Origin: a virus
Taxonomy: Duplodnaviria > Caudoviricetes
Direction: 5' to 3' (one strand)
Length of the DNA stretch: 33,549 bases
IMG/VR virus record: IMGVR_UViG_3300020192_000047
Coordinates: 1 to 33,549 of that record
In this document: in pieces, positions 24,994 to 33,549 of the stretch
How positions within the stretch are numbered: position 1 is the first letter of the stretch
Layout: each line of letters opens with the position of its first letter
Program-made: the position numbers and the translations under genes
The notes under the pieces: model-generated
What the model saw: the letters and a program-made list of their open reading frames with translations, nothing else
Told to the model about the DNA's origin: nothing
Database searches by the model: none

Positions 24994-26522
24994 TGGACGA
25001 CATCATCGACGAGGGCGACGAGACCCTCGACGGCGAGGGCGGGGCCAATCCCGTAACCCCGACGCTGCCGGTAGATCGCTCCGGCGGGCTCGACATTGCG
25101 ACCCTTTTGCAGGGCATGAACACGGGCGCCCAGGGCCGCGCGACCCCGAGCTATGCCGGCGAAATGGCGAACTCGCGTAACCGGATTTCGAGGATTCTCG
25201 AGCGCAGCCTGCGCAACATGGAGAGCGACAAGGGCTATGGCCGCATCGGCGCGGCGCTCAGCCAGGATATTTCCAGCGGTGGGAAAGTGCCCTACGCGGT
25301 GGCGTCCGAGCAGCTCAAGGGCCGTGAAGTCGGGCAAGCCGTCAACTTGAGCAATGCCATCACCGGCCTGTCCCGGATGGGTGGGGGCGCCGACATGCGC
25401 CAAATGGCGAACATGCTCCAGCGCCGTACCGAGCAGGCCTCGCGTCAGGGCAACCATAAGGCGCAGCGCATCGAGGCCATGGTGAAGGCCGCGAGCAACG
25501 GCTTCGATGATTCCGCGATGGCGCAAGCGAGCATGTATGCCTTCCTCGCCAAGAAACAGAAAGACAACCCCAATCTCGACGTGAACGAGCTGCCGTCTCT
25601 GATGTCGGAAGCGATCATGGACGCGCGTCGCCAGGGCTTGGGGAGAAGGGTCGCCGGGCGCGGCCGGGGCGCGGGCGGTAGCACCCTGGCCGGCGGTTCC
25701 GAACTCCCCATGGGAGACGACGGGACTCCTGATTACGAGCAACGGATCGCCAAGCCCAAGACCGCATGGGACCGCGCCTACAACTCCCAGACGCCCGAGA
25801 GCCGCAAGCTGATGCACGACACGCAGACCGCCAAGCTCACCGGCAAGGGCAAGGGCGGCGGGCTGACCGTCACGACCAATCCCGATGGCACGACCACGGT
25901 GGAGGTTGGCACCGGGAACGCCACCACGGACGCCAAAAACATCGACAAGTTCGAGCAATCCGACATCGAAGCGCGCTCCGTCGTCCGCACGATGGACAGG
26001 ATCCGCGGCGACCTCGACAAATACGGCGCGAATACCGTGGGCTGGCTTGGCCAGGCGGGTGGATTCCTGTCCGATATCCGAGCCCAGGTCACGGCACTTC
26101 TCAAGGACACGGACGAAACCGGCGCCCCGCGCGCATCGGCCGCCCTGCGCAACAAGTTCGGGGACATCGAGGCCTGGGATGCGCTGCTGCCGACGTTTGT
26201 CAAAACGGGCCCCAATGCGCAGGTCATGCAGGCCAGATTCATCACGCTGGCCTATGCGCTAGCGTCGGCGCGCGAGCCGGGTGGACGCTTGACCGAGCAG
26301 GATGTCGCACGCGCGATGAAAAGCCTGGGCGCGACCGGCGGCAACCCGGTGTCGATCAGGATGGTGCTCGACGACTCGGAAGCCGAAATGACCGAGCGCA
26401 TGCGCGATCGTCAGGTCCGATCCACCAAATATTCGAAATCCGCGCCATGGAACCCGCGCTCCGCTCGGCCCAACGCTCAGAAGGTTGAGCCCAAGGATGA
26501 CCCGCTCGGAATCTTCCAGTGA
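24993..26522 (+). CDS. DNA ejection protein 2 (putative)
   Basis: Helical ~510 aa; GGLTVTTNPDGTTTV, EPGGRLTEQDV and terminal DDPLGI motifs; GGAG RBS before ATG 24993. Confidence 0.65.
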   Translation: MDDIIDEGDETLDGEGGANPVTPTLPVDRSGGLDIATLLQGMNTGAQGRATPSYAGEMANSRNRISRILERSLRNMESDKGYGRIGAALSQDISSGGKVPYAVASEQLKGREVGQAVNLSNAITGLSRMGGGADMRQMANMLQRRTEQASRQGNHKAQRIEAMVKAASNGFDDSAMAQASMYAFLAKKQKDNPNLDVNELPSLMSEAIMDARRQGLGRRVAGRGRGAGGSTLAGGSELPMGDDGTPDYEQRIAKPKTAWDRAYNSQTPESRKLMHDTQTAKLTGKGKGGGLTVTTNPDGTTTVEVGTGNATTDAKNIDKFEQSDIEARSVVRTMDRIRGDLDKYGANTVGWLGQAGGFLSDIRAQVTALLKDTDETGAPRASAALRNKFGDIEAWDALLPTFVKTGPNAQVMQARFITLAYALASAREPGGRLTEQDVARAMKSLGATGGNPVSIRMVLDDSEAEMTERMRDRQVRSTKYSKSAPWNPRSARPNAQKVEPKDDPLGIFQ

Positions 26523-29416
26523 GCGAGGTCCTGGCCAGGTATCGGGAGCAGTTCCCGGCGTATCAGAACGTCGATGACGCGACGCTCGCCACCGGCATGT
26601 TCACGAAGTTCTACGCCGACAAGATGTCGCGCGAGGAGTTCGACGCCAAGATCGGACTGAAGGCGTCGAGCGTCCGAGACCCCCGCATTGGGCGGCCCCC
26701 GCCGGCCATCGAGCTGATCGGCGATGAGCGCATGCTCGAAGGCACTGGCTTGCCGCCCGGGACCTCCATAATCAATGCCCCTCCCCAAGATCCCGGAGTG
26801 CTGGCCGAAAGCGGCCGCTCGGGGCAGCGCATCGTCACGCGCGGCGGACGTCAGTACATGACCCCCGACAGGGCCATGGTGAATGTGGTCCAGCCGCCGG
26901 ACCCCAATCTCGGCGGCATCGGCGGGGATGTCTATTCTGCGCCCGACCAGGGGCAAATCGAGGCCGACCAGCTTAGCGCCGAGGGCGCGGTGAAGGGCGA
27001 AGCGCCGTCGCAGATCAGGTCGAACGCCGGGTATGCGCCCGACCCCGAGCGCGGCTATCAGCGGGCATTCGGCCCGAATGTCGACGTCCGGAATATCGAG
27101 AGCGCCGGGCCCCTCAAGGGCGAGACGGTGTTTCGCCGCAACAACCCGACGCCAGGCGAAGATCCTCCCGCATGGATGACGGTTCGCAACAAGGGCGGCG
27201 GGGTATCCATGGGCGATCTGCGCTCGCTGGAGGGCGAGGCGCTTCCCATCGCGGGGTCAATGGGCGGTGGCGTGCTCGGCGGCATGGTCACCGGCCTCAA
27301 TACGGCCGGCGCACTCGGCGGCACGTTCGCGGGCTCTTTTGTGGGCGAAATGCTTCGCCTCAACGAGGGCAAAAATCGCGGCATGCTCCCGAAGGATTTC
27401 ACCGCCATGGATTACATATGGTTGGCGGCCAAGCGGGGCGGGGTGGAGTCCTTGGGCGCGGCGGGTGGGATGGCTGCCTATCGCCTCTACAAAGCGTTCC
27501 GTGGCCGTGGAATGCCGGACCTCAACATGACTCCCGAGCAATTCAAGGAGGCCTTCGCGAAGCGGGCGGCGGGTCTCGACTCCGAAGCCCAACCGCTGTT
27601 GAAGGTGGGCGATGTCGTCGGCGAAACCCCGGCTGGAGCGGAAGTCGCGGCGCTCGAGCAGAAGATTTCCTCTGCGCCGGGCGACGCGGGAAGGCTGTTC
27701 CGCGAGCGGGCGCAGGCCAAAGAAGTCTATGGGGAAAGCGAGCTCAGGGGGCTGACCCGCGGCGACGGCCGCCCTGTGCTGGGCGACCAGGCGATGGGCG
27801 GGGCTGTGCGCGCCGCAGCGCCGGACACCTCCAAGCGGCTCGCCGGACTCGGCCCGACTCTGCACCCCGATCTTCCGCAGGCCGGCGAGGCCGTGCGTGG
27901 AGGGCTCAAGCGCGCGCAAGACGCCGCCGAGGCCCAGGCGCAGGTGATCTACGCCGAGGTGGATTCCAAGCTCGCCGGAAAGACGGTCATCCCCCTTCAC
28001 ACCGACATCGCGGCGCAGGCCTATCGCGATGTGCTCAAGGGCGACGTCTTCAAAGACCTCACCGAGGAAGACGCCAAGCTCATCAAGGGTTGGTTCGGCG
28101 AGGCCTATGAAAAGATCCCCGGCGGCGACAAGGGCGACATGCGGCTTCGTCCGCTGACCTATGACCAGCTCGATCGCGGCCTCAAGTCCCTGCGCCGCGC
28201 GATCGGGAAATCCTACCGCGGCGAGTGGAACGGCGATCTCGAAATGCTCTCCAAGCTCGAAACAAACCTGGTTGACGACCGCGCCAGGTTGATCGCCAAG
28301 CTGCCGGACGGGCCCCAAGTCGCGGCCAAGCTCGACCAGGCCGAGGGGCTCTGGAAGGATCTCAAGGGGCAATTCCGGCGCACCAAGATCAACGATTGGC
28401 TCAAGCTCAACGCCAGCGGCGGCAAGGCCGTTGGGGACGAGGCGGCCGGCTCGCGGATCTTCTCGGACCCCGAAACCGCGCGCGTGGTCGGAAGCATTCT
28501 GAAGGGCCCCGAGCACGAGAAGGAGCGCGAGGCCGTTCGCGCCATGATGCGCTGGGAAATCTCGCGCACCGCCAAGGGCGGGGGCGGCGATGTCGCGGCC
28601 GATGCGCTCAAGCGCGCGGTGAGCGACAACGAGCCGACGCTGCGGAACTTCTTCAGCCCCGAAGAAATCCGTTCGATGCTATCGCCGGCCGCCCTGATGA
28701 AAACCCGCAAGGCGATGGGCCTCAAGCCCGGCATGGATGAATCGAAGTGGTTCGATGGCTTTTTCAAGGACGCCAATCCGCGCAACGCCCAGACCACCAT
28801 GGATCGCCTTCGCCGCGCCTCCCCCGAGACCGCCAAGGACGTGCAGGCGATGGCGCGGCAGCGCATTTATCAGTCGCTCTCCGTGGAGGGCGAGCAGGCG
28901 ACCGGCCGCGCCGTCGACCCGAAGAAGTTCGAGAAGTTCCTCGACGAGCCCGGCCGCGCGGATTGGCTCGCCCATGTCCTGGACCCGGGATTCGGCACGC
29001 GGCTGAGGAAGCTTGCGGAGGCCATGCAGACGCTCAACCCGCCGTCTCAGAAGATCACCGGCGCTGGGGAAATGGCCCCCACGGTGGTCGGCCAACTGAA
29101 GACCGGCAGCCGGATCTTCCTGGGCGCTCTGACGCGGGAATCCCGCATCTACAACTACGCGGTCAACAATCTGAGTGAGCACATGCGGGAGAAGACGGCC
29201 CGGGCTCTATTGGACCCCGATGAGTTCGCCCGGCTCCTGACCGCGGCGAAGCGCACGAATGCCGGCCGGGCGACAGGCGTCGTCCTGGGGCAGTATTTGC
29301 TCCGGCAAGACCGCACTGAAGTCCCCGAGACCCCGTCGTCCTGGGGCAAGACGACTCGCGGCGCGATCGGCAGTATGTTCGGCATGCAAGACATCCCCAA
29401 CGGAGGACGCCAATGA
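26519..29416 (+). CDS. Large DNA ejection / internal virion protein 3 (putative)
   Basis: 965 aa. YREQFPAYQNVDDATLA...FYAD N-terminal motif; Gly-rich hydrophobic segment (PIAGSMGGGVLGG...); C-terminal ARALLDPDEFARLL. Confidence 0.7.
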   Translation: MSEVLARYREQFPAYQNVDDATLATGMFTKFYADKMSREEFDAKIGLKASSVRDPRIGRPPPAIELIGDERMLEGTGLPPGTSIINAPPQDPGVLAESGRSGQRIVTRGGRQYMTPDRAMVNVVQPPDPNLGGIGGDVYSAPDQGQIEADQLSAEGAVKGEAPSQIRSNAGYAPDPERGYQRAFGPNVDVRNIESAGPLKGETVFRRNNPTPGEDPPAWMTVRNKGGGVSMGDLRSLEGEALPIAGSMGGGVLGGMVTGLNTAGALGGTFAGSFVGEMLRLNEGKNRGMLPKDFTAMDYIWLAAKRGGVESLGAAGGMAAYRLYKAFRGRGMPDLNMTPEQFKEAFAKRAAGLDSEAQPLLKVGDVVGETPAGAEVAALEQKISSAPGDAGRLFRERAQAKEVYGESELRGLTRGDGRPVLGDQAMGGAVRAAAPDTSKRLAGLGPTLHPDLPQAGEAVRGGLKRAQDAAEAQAQVIYAEVDSKLAGKTVIPLHTDIAAQAYRDVLKGDVFKDLTEEDAKLIKGWFGEAYEKIPGGDKGDMRLRPLTYDQLDRGLKSLRRAIGKSYRGEWNGDLEMLSKLETNLVDDRARLIAKLPDGPQVAAKLDQAEGLWKDLKGQFRRTKINDWLKLNASGGKAVGDEAAGSRIFSDPETARVVGSILKGPEHEKEREAVRAMMRWEISRTAKGGGGDVAADALKRAVSDNEPTLRNFFSPEEIRSMLSPAALMKTRKAMGLKPGMDESKWFDGFFKDANPRNAQTTMDRLRRASPETAKDVQAMARQRIYQSLSVEGEQATGRAVDPKKFEKFLDEPGRADWLAHVLDPGFGTRLRKLAEAMQTLNPPSQKITGAGEMAPTVVGQLKTGSRIFLGALTRESRIYNYAVNNLSEHMREKTARALLDPDEFARLLTAAKRTNAGRATGVVLGQYLLRQDRTEVPETPSSWGKTTRGAIGSMFGMQDIPNGGRQ

Positions 29417-29517
29417 AGAAACCGAAGCCCAAGCCCCAGGTGACGCCCCTCAAGGGGTTTGCCCTGTCCCTCGCCCTCAAGACGAAGCCGAAGCCCTCCA
29501 AGGGAGGCCGCAAATGA
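29413..29517 (+). CDS. 34-aa Lys/Pro-rich basic peptide
   Basis: GGAGG RBS and ATGA overlaps on both sides; MKKPKPKPQVTPLKGFALSLALKTKPKPSKGGRK*. Not in the ORF track. Confidence 0.65.
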   Translation: MKKPKPKPQVTPLKGFALSLALKTKPKPSKGGRK

Positions 29518-29693
29518 AGATGAATTACGACGACGGCCCTGCCAGCGCCGACATCATCGTCAAGATCCCGAAGGGCGACACGCCGAGCGTGAAGTTCGAT
29601 TTCCAGGATCATCAGCCGATCCCGCGCGTGAAGATCCCGGCGCAGCCGTTCAATCCCGCCAAGCGCAACAAGCAGTACACGCCGAAGAAGTGA
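29514..29693 (+). CDS. 59-aa hypothetical protein with basic C-terminus
   Basis: GGAGG RBS and ATGA overlap; MKMNYDDGPASADIIVKIPKG...KRNKQYTPKK*. Confidence 0.65.
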   Translation: MKMNYDDGPASADIIVKIPKGDTPSVKFDFQDHQPIPRVKIPAQPFNPAKRNKQYTPKK

Positions 29694-29694
29694 C

Positions 29695-31023
29695 ATGGCG
29701 TCGCCGCCAACCGATGGCCGCCCGTTCGAGGGCTCGGATTTCGAGCCGTCGCCGAAGGGGCTGGAATACTACATGGGGCCGCACGCCTACCGGGCGATGC
29801 GTGGGCTCGGAGACATGGCTGCTTGGGCTCTTGAAAACGTGGTCCCCGGCACCTCGGATGCGGCCTCACTGAGGGACTCGATCCAAAGCTCTCGCGGCAT
29901 CGGTCCGGCTCTCGCTGGAGGGCGCTGGGGAGATGCGGGGCTCAGGACCGGCGAGACCATGGCGAACGCGCTGGGCGTGCTCCCAGGGCTCCCTGCGCTG
30001 GGTGGCATCATCGCTGGTCGCAAGGCGCTCTCGGGCGTCGATCCCGCCTCCTTCGCCCGCGCCGAGGAGATGTTGGGGAACTCCCTGGCCGACCCCGCCG
30101 GCAGGATCCCAGCCAGCGTGCGCGAGCAAATTTTCAAGGAGACCGGCGCCTATCGCGGGCCGGAAGGCGCCTGGCGCAAGGAGATCGTCGACGATCCCGC
30201 GAAGGTCAGGCTGCGCGAGCCGCCCGAGGGATCCCCGGGGCCGATCGGGATCTCCCGACTCCTTGAGCACCCGGAGCTCTACGCCGCCTATCCGCAGCTG
30301 AAGCATGCTGAGGTCAAGTCAATCCCCGGCAGAGGCGGCGCGTGGGAAGAGCGCGCCAACACCATGCATCTCGGCAGCGATCTCGACCCCAAGAGCCGCC
30401 TGTCTGTGATGCTCCACGAGATCCAGCATGGCGTGCAGGGCTACGAGAACTTCTCGCGCGGCGGCAATCCCGCAACGATGGCCCGCGTCCCCGGCGGCAT
30501 GCGGCACGTCGACATGAGCTCAAACGAAATCCCCACCTTCGAGCAGTTCAAGCGGATCCTGTCGGGCGCGGCCAAGCGCGGCGCCGGCGACGATGCGGCG
30601 ATTCGCCTGAAATACGAGGAATATGTCGATCAGATGCGCCGTGCCGGGCATGGCGGGCGAGACCTGAAGGCGGAGCCCTATACCCGCGGCGAGCTTCTTG
30701 AGGGCTACTTCCGGCTCTATGGGGAGGCCGAGGCTCGCCTGGCGGAGACCGATTTCGCCACGCGCCTCAGCGGCAAGCTGCCGATGGGCGCGCCCTACAA
30801 CAGATTCGATCGCCCGGAGCATCTCCTGACGGCTTGGGGAGGGGGATCGGGATCTCACTCCTCCGCAAGCCTCGCCAGATCCCTCCCCAAGGCTCCCCAA
30901 CGCAAGGATTGGGAGAAGATCGCTCTCGATCGCCTACTCAGGGACATCCGTGACCCGCGCGGACTCGATCACATTGCGCTGAACTCCCCCGCGAAACCCT
31001 CACTCACGAGACCTTCGCCATGA
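29695..31023 (+). CDS. Polyvalent-protein-type virion protein: LPD23-like domain + zincin-like metallopeptidase
   Basis: IFKETGAYRGPEGAWRKEIVDD (LPD23-like), HPELYAAYPQL, LHEIQHGVQ (HExxH), FSRGGNP, YFRLYGEAEAR. Confidence 0.8.
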   Translation: MASPPTDGRPFEGSDFEPSPKGLEYYMGPHAYRAMRGLGDMAAWALENVVPGTSDAASLRDSIQSSRGIGPALAGGRWGDAGLRTGETMANALGVLPGLPALGGIIAGRKALSGVDPASFARAEEMLGNSLADPAGRIPASVREQIFKETGAYRGPEGAWRKEIVDDPAKVRLREPPEGSPGPIGISRLLEHPELYAAYPQLKHAEVKSIPGRGGAWEERANTMHLGSDLDPKSRLSVMLHEIQHGVQGYENFSRGGNPATMARVPGGMRHVDMSSNEIPTFEQFKRILSGAAKRGAGDDAAIRLKYEEYVDQMRRAGHGGRDLKAEPYTRGELLEGYFRLYGEAEARLAETDFATRLSGKLPMGAPYNRFDRPEHLLTAWGGGSGSHSSASLARSLPKAPQRKDWEKIALDRLLRDIRDPRGLDHIALNSPAKPSLTRPSP

Positions 31024-31922
31024 CAGCCCTGACCAAAGCCGCCCTCAAGGCCTTGTGGATCGCCAAGTTCCAACCGACCTCGGCGAACTTCGCGGACATG
31101 TTCGACTCGTGGACGAATTACTCCGCAAGCCTCTCGGCGCTCGGAACCGCATGGGATGCCGGCGGGACCGGCCTGGTCGAGTCCACCGGCGCCGGCGCCG
31201 TGAGGTTTGCCCAGGTCGCCACCTTCGCGAAGGTCTTCCTGTCCGGGGCATCCACCACGGCGGCGGCGGTCTCAAAGCTCGGGGCGGGGACGTTCGGCGC
31301 CGTCATGTTCACGGCGGCCACAACGGCCGTGGCGACTGCCGCGCTGGGCGCCGGCGCGGTGGGGCTCCAGATTTTCGCGGCCGCGACCACGGCTCAGGTC
31401 GAGTCCCTGATCCCGTCGGCGGTCAGCACTCCTGCCGGCGTGATTTCGATGTTTGCCGGCTCGGCGGCGCCCTCGGGCTATCTGCTGTGCGACGGCACCG
31501 CGAGCGGCAACCGCACCACCCATGCCGCGCTGTTCGCCGTCATCGGCACGCTCTACGGGGCGGGCGACGCATCCACGACCTTCAATGTTCCGGATCTTCG
31601 TGGCCGCGTTGGCGTCGGTCTCGACGATATGGGCGGCGCGGCTGCCAGCCGGGTGACGAATGCGGTGTCCGGCATCGTGGGCACGACGCTCGGGGCCGCG
31701 GGCGGGTCCCAGAGTCACACCTTGCTCACTACGGAAATCCCGGCGCACGCTCATGCGGTCTACAACTGGGTCACCGGCGGCGGCCTCGCCTTGGTAGGCG
31801 CCGCACGAGAACCCGATCGGACCGCCGCGTCGTTAACCGAAGATAGCGCAAACACCGGCGGCGGCGGGGCGCACAGGAATATGCAGCCCAGCATGATGCT
31901 CAATTATATCATCAAGACATGA
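31020..31922 (+). CDS. Tail fibre with phage tail collar domain
   Basis: PAGVISMFAGSAAPSGYLLCDG...LFAVIGTLYGAGD..TTFNVPDLRGR collar motif; HAH; HRNMQPSMMLNYIIK C-terminus. Confidence 0.9.
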   Translation: MTALTKAALKALWIAKFQPTSANFADMFDSWTNYSASLSALGTAWDAGGTGLVESTGAGAVRFAQVATFAKVFLSGASTTAAAVSKLGAGTFGAVMFTAATTAVATAALGAGAVGLQIFAAATTAQVESLIPSAVSTPAGVISMFAGSAAPSGYLLCDGTASGNRTTHAALFAVIGTLYGAGDASTTFNVPDLRGRVGVGLDDMGGAAASRVTNAVSGIVGTTLGAAGGSQSHTLLTTEIPAHAHAVYNWVTGGGLALVGAAREPDRTAASLTEDSANTGGGGAHRNMQPSMMLNYIIKT

Positions 31923-31981
31923 CAGGGACCGGGGACTAGATCCCGGGTGTGAGACTCATGAGCAAAACGGAGCTTGTTACT

Positions 31982-32245
31982 ATGAACAACACGCAAGACG
32001 GTCGCCCCCACGAGATCCGGGGCTACGATCCCGAGGCGCGCGACTTCGCCAGCAAGACCGACACCCGGCTGTCCAGTCATGAGCTCATCTGCGCCGAGCG
32101 CTACACCGCGCTGAACATCGGCCACGCCAATCTCGGGGGCAAGATCAACAGAATCGAATACATGCTGTATTTTCTGATCGGACTGCTCCTCGTCGGGGAC
32201 GGCACGGTCCTCGAATTGATCAAGCGATTTGCCAACGTGAAATAA
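31982..32245 (+). CDS. Lysis-cassette membrane protein (coiled-coil + C-terminal TM; XhlA/antiholin-like)
   Basis: SHELICAERY...KINRIEYMLYFLIGLLLVG; upstream of the holin. Start is 31982 (GGAG RBS) or 31958. Confidence 0.6.
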   Translation: MNNTQDGRPHEIRGYDPEARDFASKTDTRLSSHELICAERYTALNIGHANLGGKINRIEYMLYFLIGLLLVGDGTVLELIKRFANVK

Positions 32246-32246
32246 C

Positions 32247-32639
32247 ATGCTCGCCCTTCTCCTCCCCGTCATCGGCCCGCTGCTCGACACCATCCTCAAG
32301 CGCGTGCTGCCCGATCCCGAAGCCCGGCAGAAGGCCATCATCGAGCTCTACGCCGCGCTGCAAACCAGCGACCTCGCGCAGATCGAGGTCAACAAGGCGG
32401 AGGCCGCATCGAGCTCGGTGTTCGTCGCCGGCTGGCGGCCGATGATCGGCTGGGTGTGCGCGATCGCGCTTCTGTATCAATATCTGCTGACGCCGATTGC
32501 GGTTTGGTTCGGCTTCATAATCGGGCATCCGATTCCCCAGCCGCCAAACCTAGACGGCAATCTGTACGAACTCATGTTTGGGATGCTCGGCATGAGTGCC
32601 TTGCGCAGCTTCGACAAGCTCAAGGGGACGGCGCGGTAG
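32247..32639 (+). CDS. Holin, 3TM gene-transfer-agent release family
   Basis: IEVNKAEA...FVAGWRPMIGWVC, hydrophobic helices, GMLGMSALRSFDKLKG. Confidence 0.9.
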   Translation: MLALLLPVIGPLLDTILKRVLPDPEARQKAIIELYAALQTSDLAQIEVNKAEAASSSVFVAGWRPMIGWVCAIALLYQYLLTPIAVWFGFIIGHPIPQPPNLDGNLYELMFGMLGMSALRSFDKLKGTAR

Positions 32640-32829
32640 TCTCCCCAGCGCTTTCGTAAAACCTGGAAAGCATGGCGGCGATTTCCCGGGGGGTCTCCTT
32701 CACGTCTTGGCGCTCATCCTCCCCATCCGTGCAGACAATCGCTCCGCGGTCCACGCCTGGGCCCACCAAAACAATGTGATCGATCATGATGAAAAACCGG
32801 GAGCCGTCTAGGGTGGTGAGCCAGATCAT
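32620..32829 (-). CDS. Small FlbD-like protein
   Basis: MIWLTTLDGSRFFIMIDHI...VKETPREI resembles FlbD-family beta proteins; GGGAG RBS; overlaps the upstream stop. Confidence 0.55.
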   Translation of the reverse strand: MIWLTTLDGSRFFIMIDHIVLVGPGVDRGAIVCTDGEDERQDVKETPREIAAMLSRFYESAGETTAPSP

Positions 32830-33116
32830 TGGGACTCCCTTTCGGGAAACTGCATCATGAAGCAGCCTTCCAGGCTTTTGGCCGCGATGGCCATGAATAT
32901 GATTTCCAGCCATGACCGTGCGACGGCATGGTCTCCTGGGTGACGCCCCTCGCTCGACAGGAGGAACAGATCGCCGCAGATGATCGCTTTCAGGGAAGTC
33001 TCCGGCAGGGATCTCAGATACGCCGACAGGGCCGCGCGAGCCCGTGGCCTGAGTTTCCCCGAGCCGGCAGCCTCGATGGCGATCCGCTCGGCGATCTCCT
33101 TGGGGACGAGGCTCAT
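32826..33116 (-). CDS. Hypothetical protein
   Basis: MSLVPKEIAERIAIEAAGSG...; ATGA-coupled to its neighbours on both sides. Confidence 0.55.
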   Translation of the reverse strand: MSLVPKEIAERIAIEAAGSGKLRPRARAALSAYLRSLPETSLKAIICGDLFLLSSEGRHPGDHAVARSWLEIIFMAIAAKSLEGCFMMQFPERESQ

Positions 33117-33256
33117 CGGAAGCACTCGGAACGCACGCCGAAGCCGAGCGCCGAGTATGCCGACGCCAGTTCCCAGCATTCCCGGCAACTGAACACCCGG
33201 AACTCCGGAAAACTCGCGGTGCCGTTCAACATCAACATCAAGATGCATATACGCAT
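33113..33256 (-). CDS. 47-aa Cys-containing hypothetical peptide
   Basis: GGAGG RBS; MRICILMLMLNGTASFPEFRVFSCRECWELASAYSALGFGVRSECFR*; its stop overlaps the next ATG. Confidence 0.5.
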   Translation of the reverse strand: MRICILMLMLNGTASFPEFRVFSCRECWELASAYSALGFGVRSECFR

Positions 33257-33278
33257 ACGTGCCTCCATGACGCCATTT

Positions 33279-33497
33279 CTAGTCTCCCATGAAATCGACT
33301 GTCGCCTGCACGGTCCGGAGTATTCCGGGATTTTTGGTCATCATGCCGATCAACTCGAATTGAAGCCGCGCGAAACGCAGCTTGGCCTCGAGCTCGCCGA
33401 TCCGTCTCTCCTCTGGCGATCGCATGTCGCGCTTGGGGAGATCGCCCGCGACCTTCCAGTCGTCCGGCCTGGTGGGGAAGTCATTGGGGTCGGTCAT
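33279..33497 (-). CDS. Hypothetical protein with short coiled-coil
   Basis: 72 aa; ERRIGELEAKL heptads; ATGA overlap with an upstream partial ORF. Confidence 0.55.
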   Translation of the reverse strand: MTDPNDFPTRPDDWKVAGDLPKRDMRSPEERRIGELEAKLRFARLQFELIGMMTKNPGILRTVQATVDFMGD

Positions 33498-33549
33498 CGT
33501 GTCAGCTCAATGCGCTCGCAATGGGCGCGCAGAAACGCGTGGTAGGTCT
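33494..33549 (-). CDS. 3' end of a gene truncated by the window edge
   Basis: ...TYHAFLRAHCERIELTR*, with its TGA overlapping the ATG at 33497. Confidence 0.35.
   Translation of the reverse strand, partial: TYHAFLRAHCERIELTR

Noticed and set aside
26500-26530. Possible programmed frameshift joining ejection proteins 2 and 3
   Set aside because: No slippery heptamer is visible; the simple GTGA overlap explains the junction.
32247-32639. Gene transfer agent, suggested by the GTA-type holin
   Set aside because: No tail tube, tape measure or RcGTA gene order; the adaptor, nozzle and ejection proteins indicate a podovirus-type phage.
32928-33545. 205-aa plus-strand ORF at the right end
   Set aside because: Overlaps a chain of minus-strand genes with RBSs and ATGA coupling, which is the better-supported reading.

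Overview
The window is the late (virion morphogenesis) arm of a GC-rich, tailed dsDNA bacteriophage with podovirus-type gene content. The host is probably an alphaproteobacterium (inference). From ~190 to 32640 nearly all genes are on the + strand and tightly coupled (many ATGA/GTGA/TAATG overlaps). The order is: terminase small and large subunits; an ~8 kb sugar-modification cassette (four glycosyltransferase-like genes, one fused to a Maf/DUF115-type domain, an NDP-sugar epimerase, two SAM methyltransferases and a 2OG-Fe(II) oxygenase, with a PD-(D/E)xK resolvase and a degenerate lysozyme-like gene interleaved); portal; small secreted proteins; a GroES co-chaperonin; scaffold; minor and major capsid proteins; a decayed endonuclease VII; a triple-repeat decoration protein; adaptor and nozzle; three DNA-ejection proteins; an LPD23/zincin polyvalent-type protein; a collar-domain tail fibre; and holin genes. 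The last ~900 bp hold small convergent minus-strand genes. I found no integrase, tRNA, rRNA or CRISPR array. The most notable feature is the glycosylation cassette inside the packaging/head operon together with several Thr/Ser-rich virion proteins, which suggests a phage-encoded virion glycosylation system. All family assignments come from motif recognition by eye; no database searches were run.
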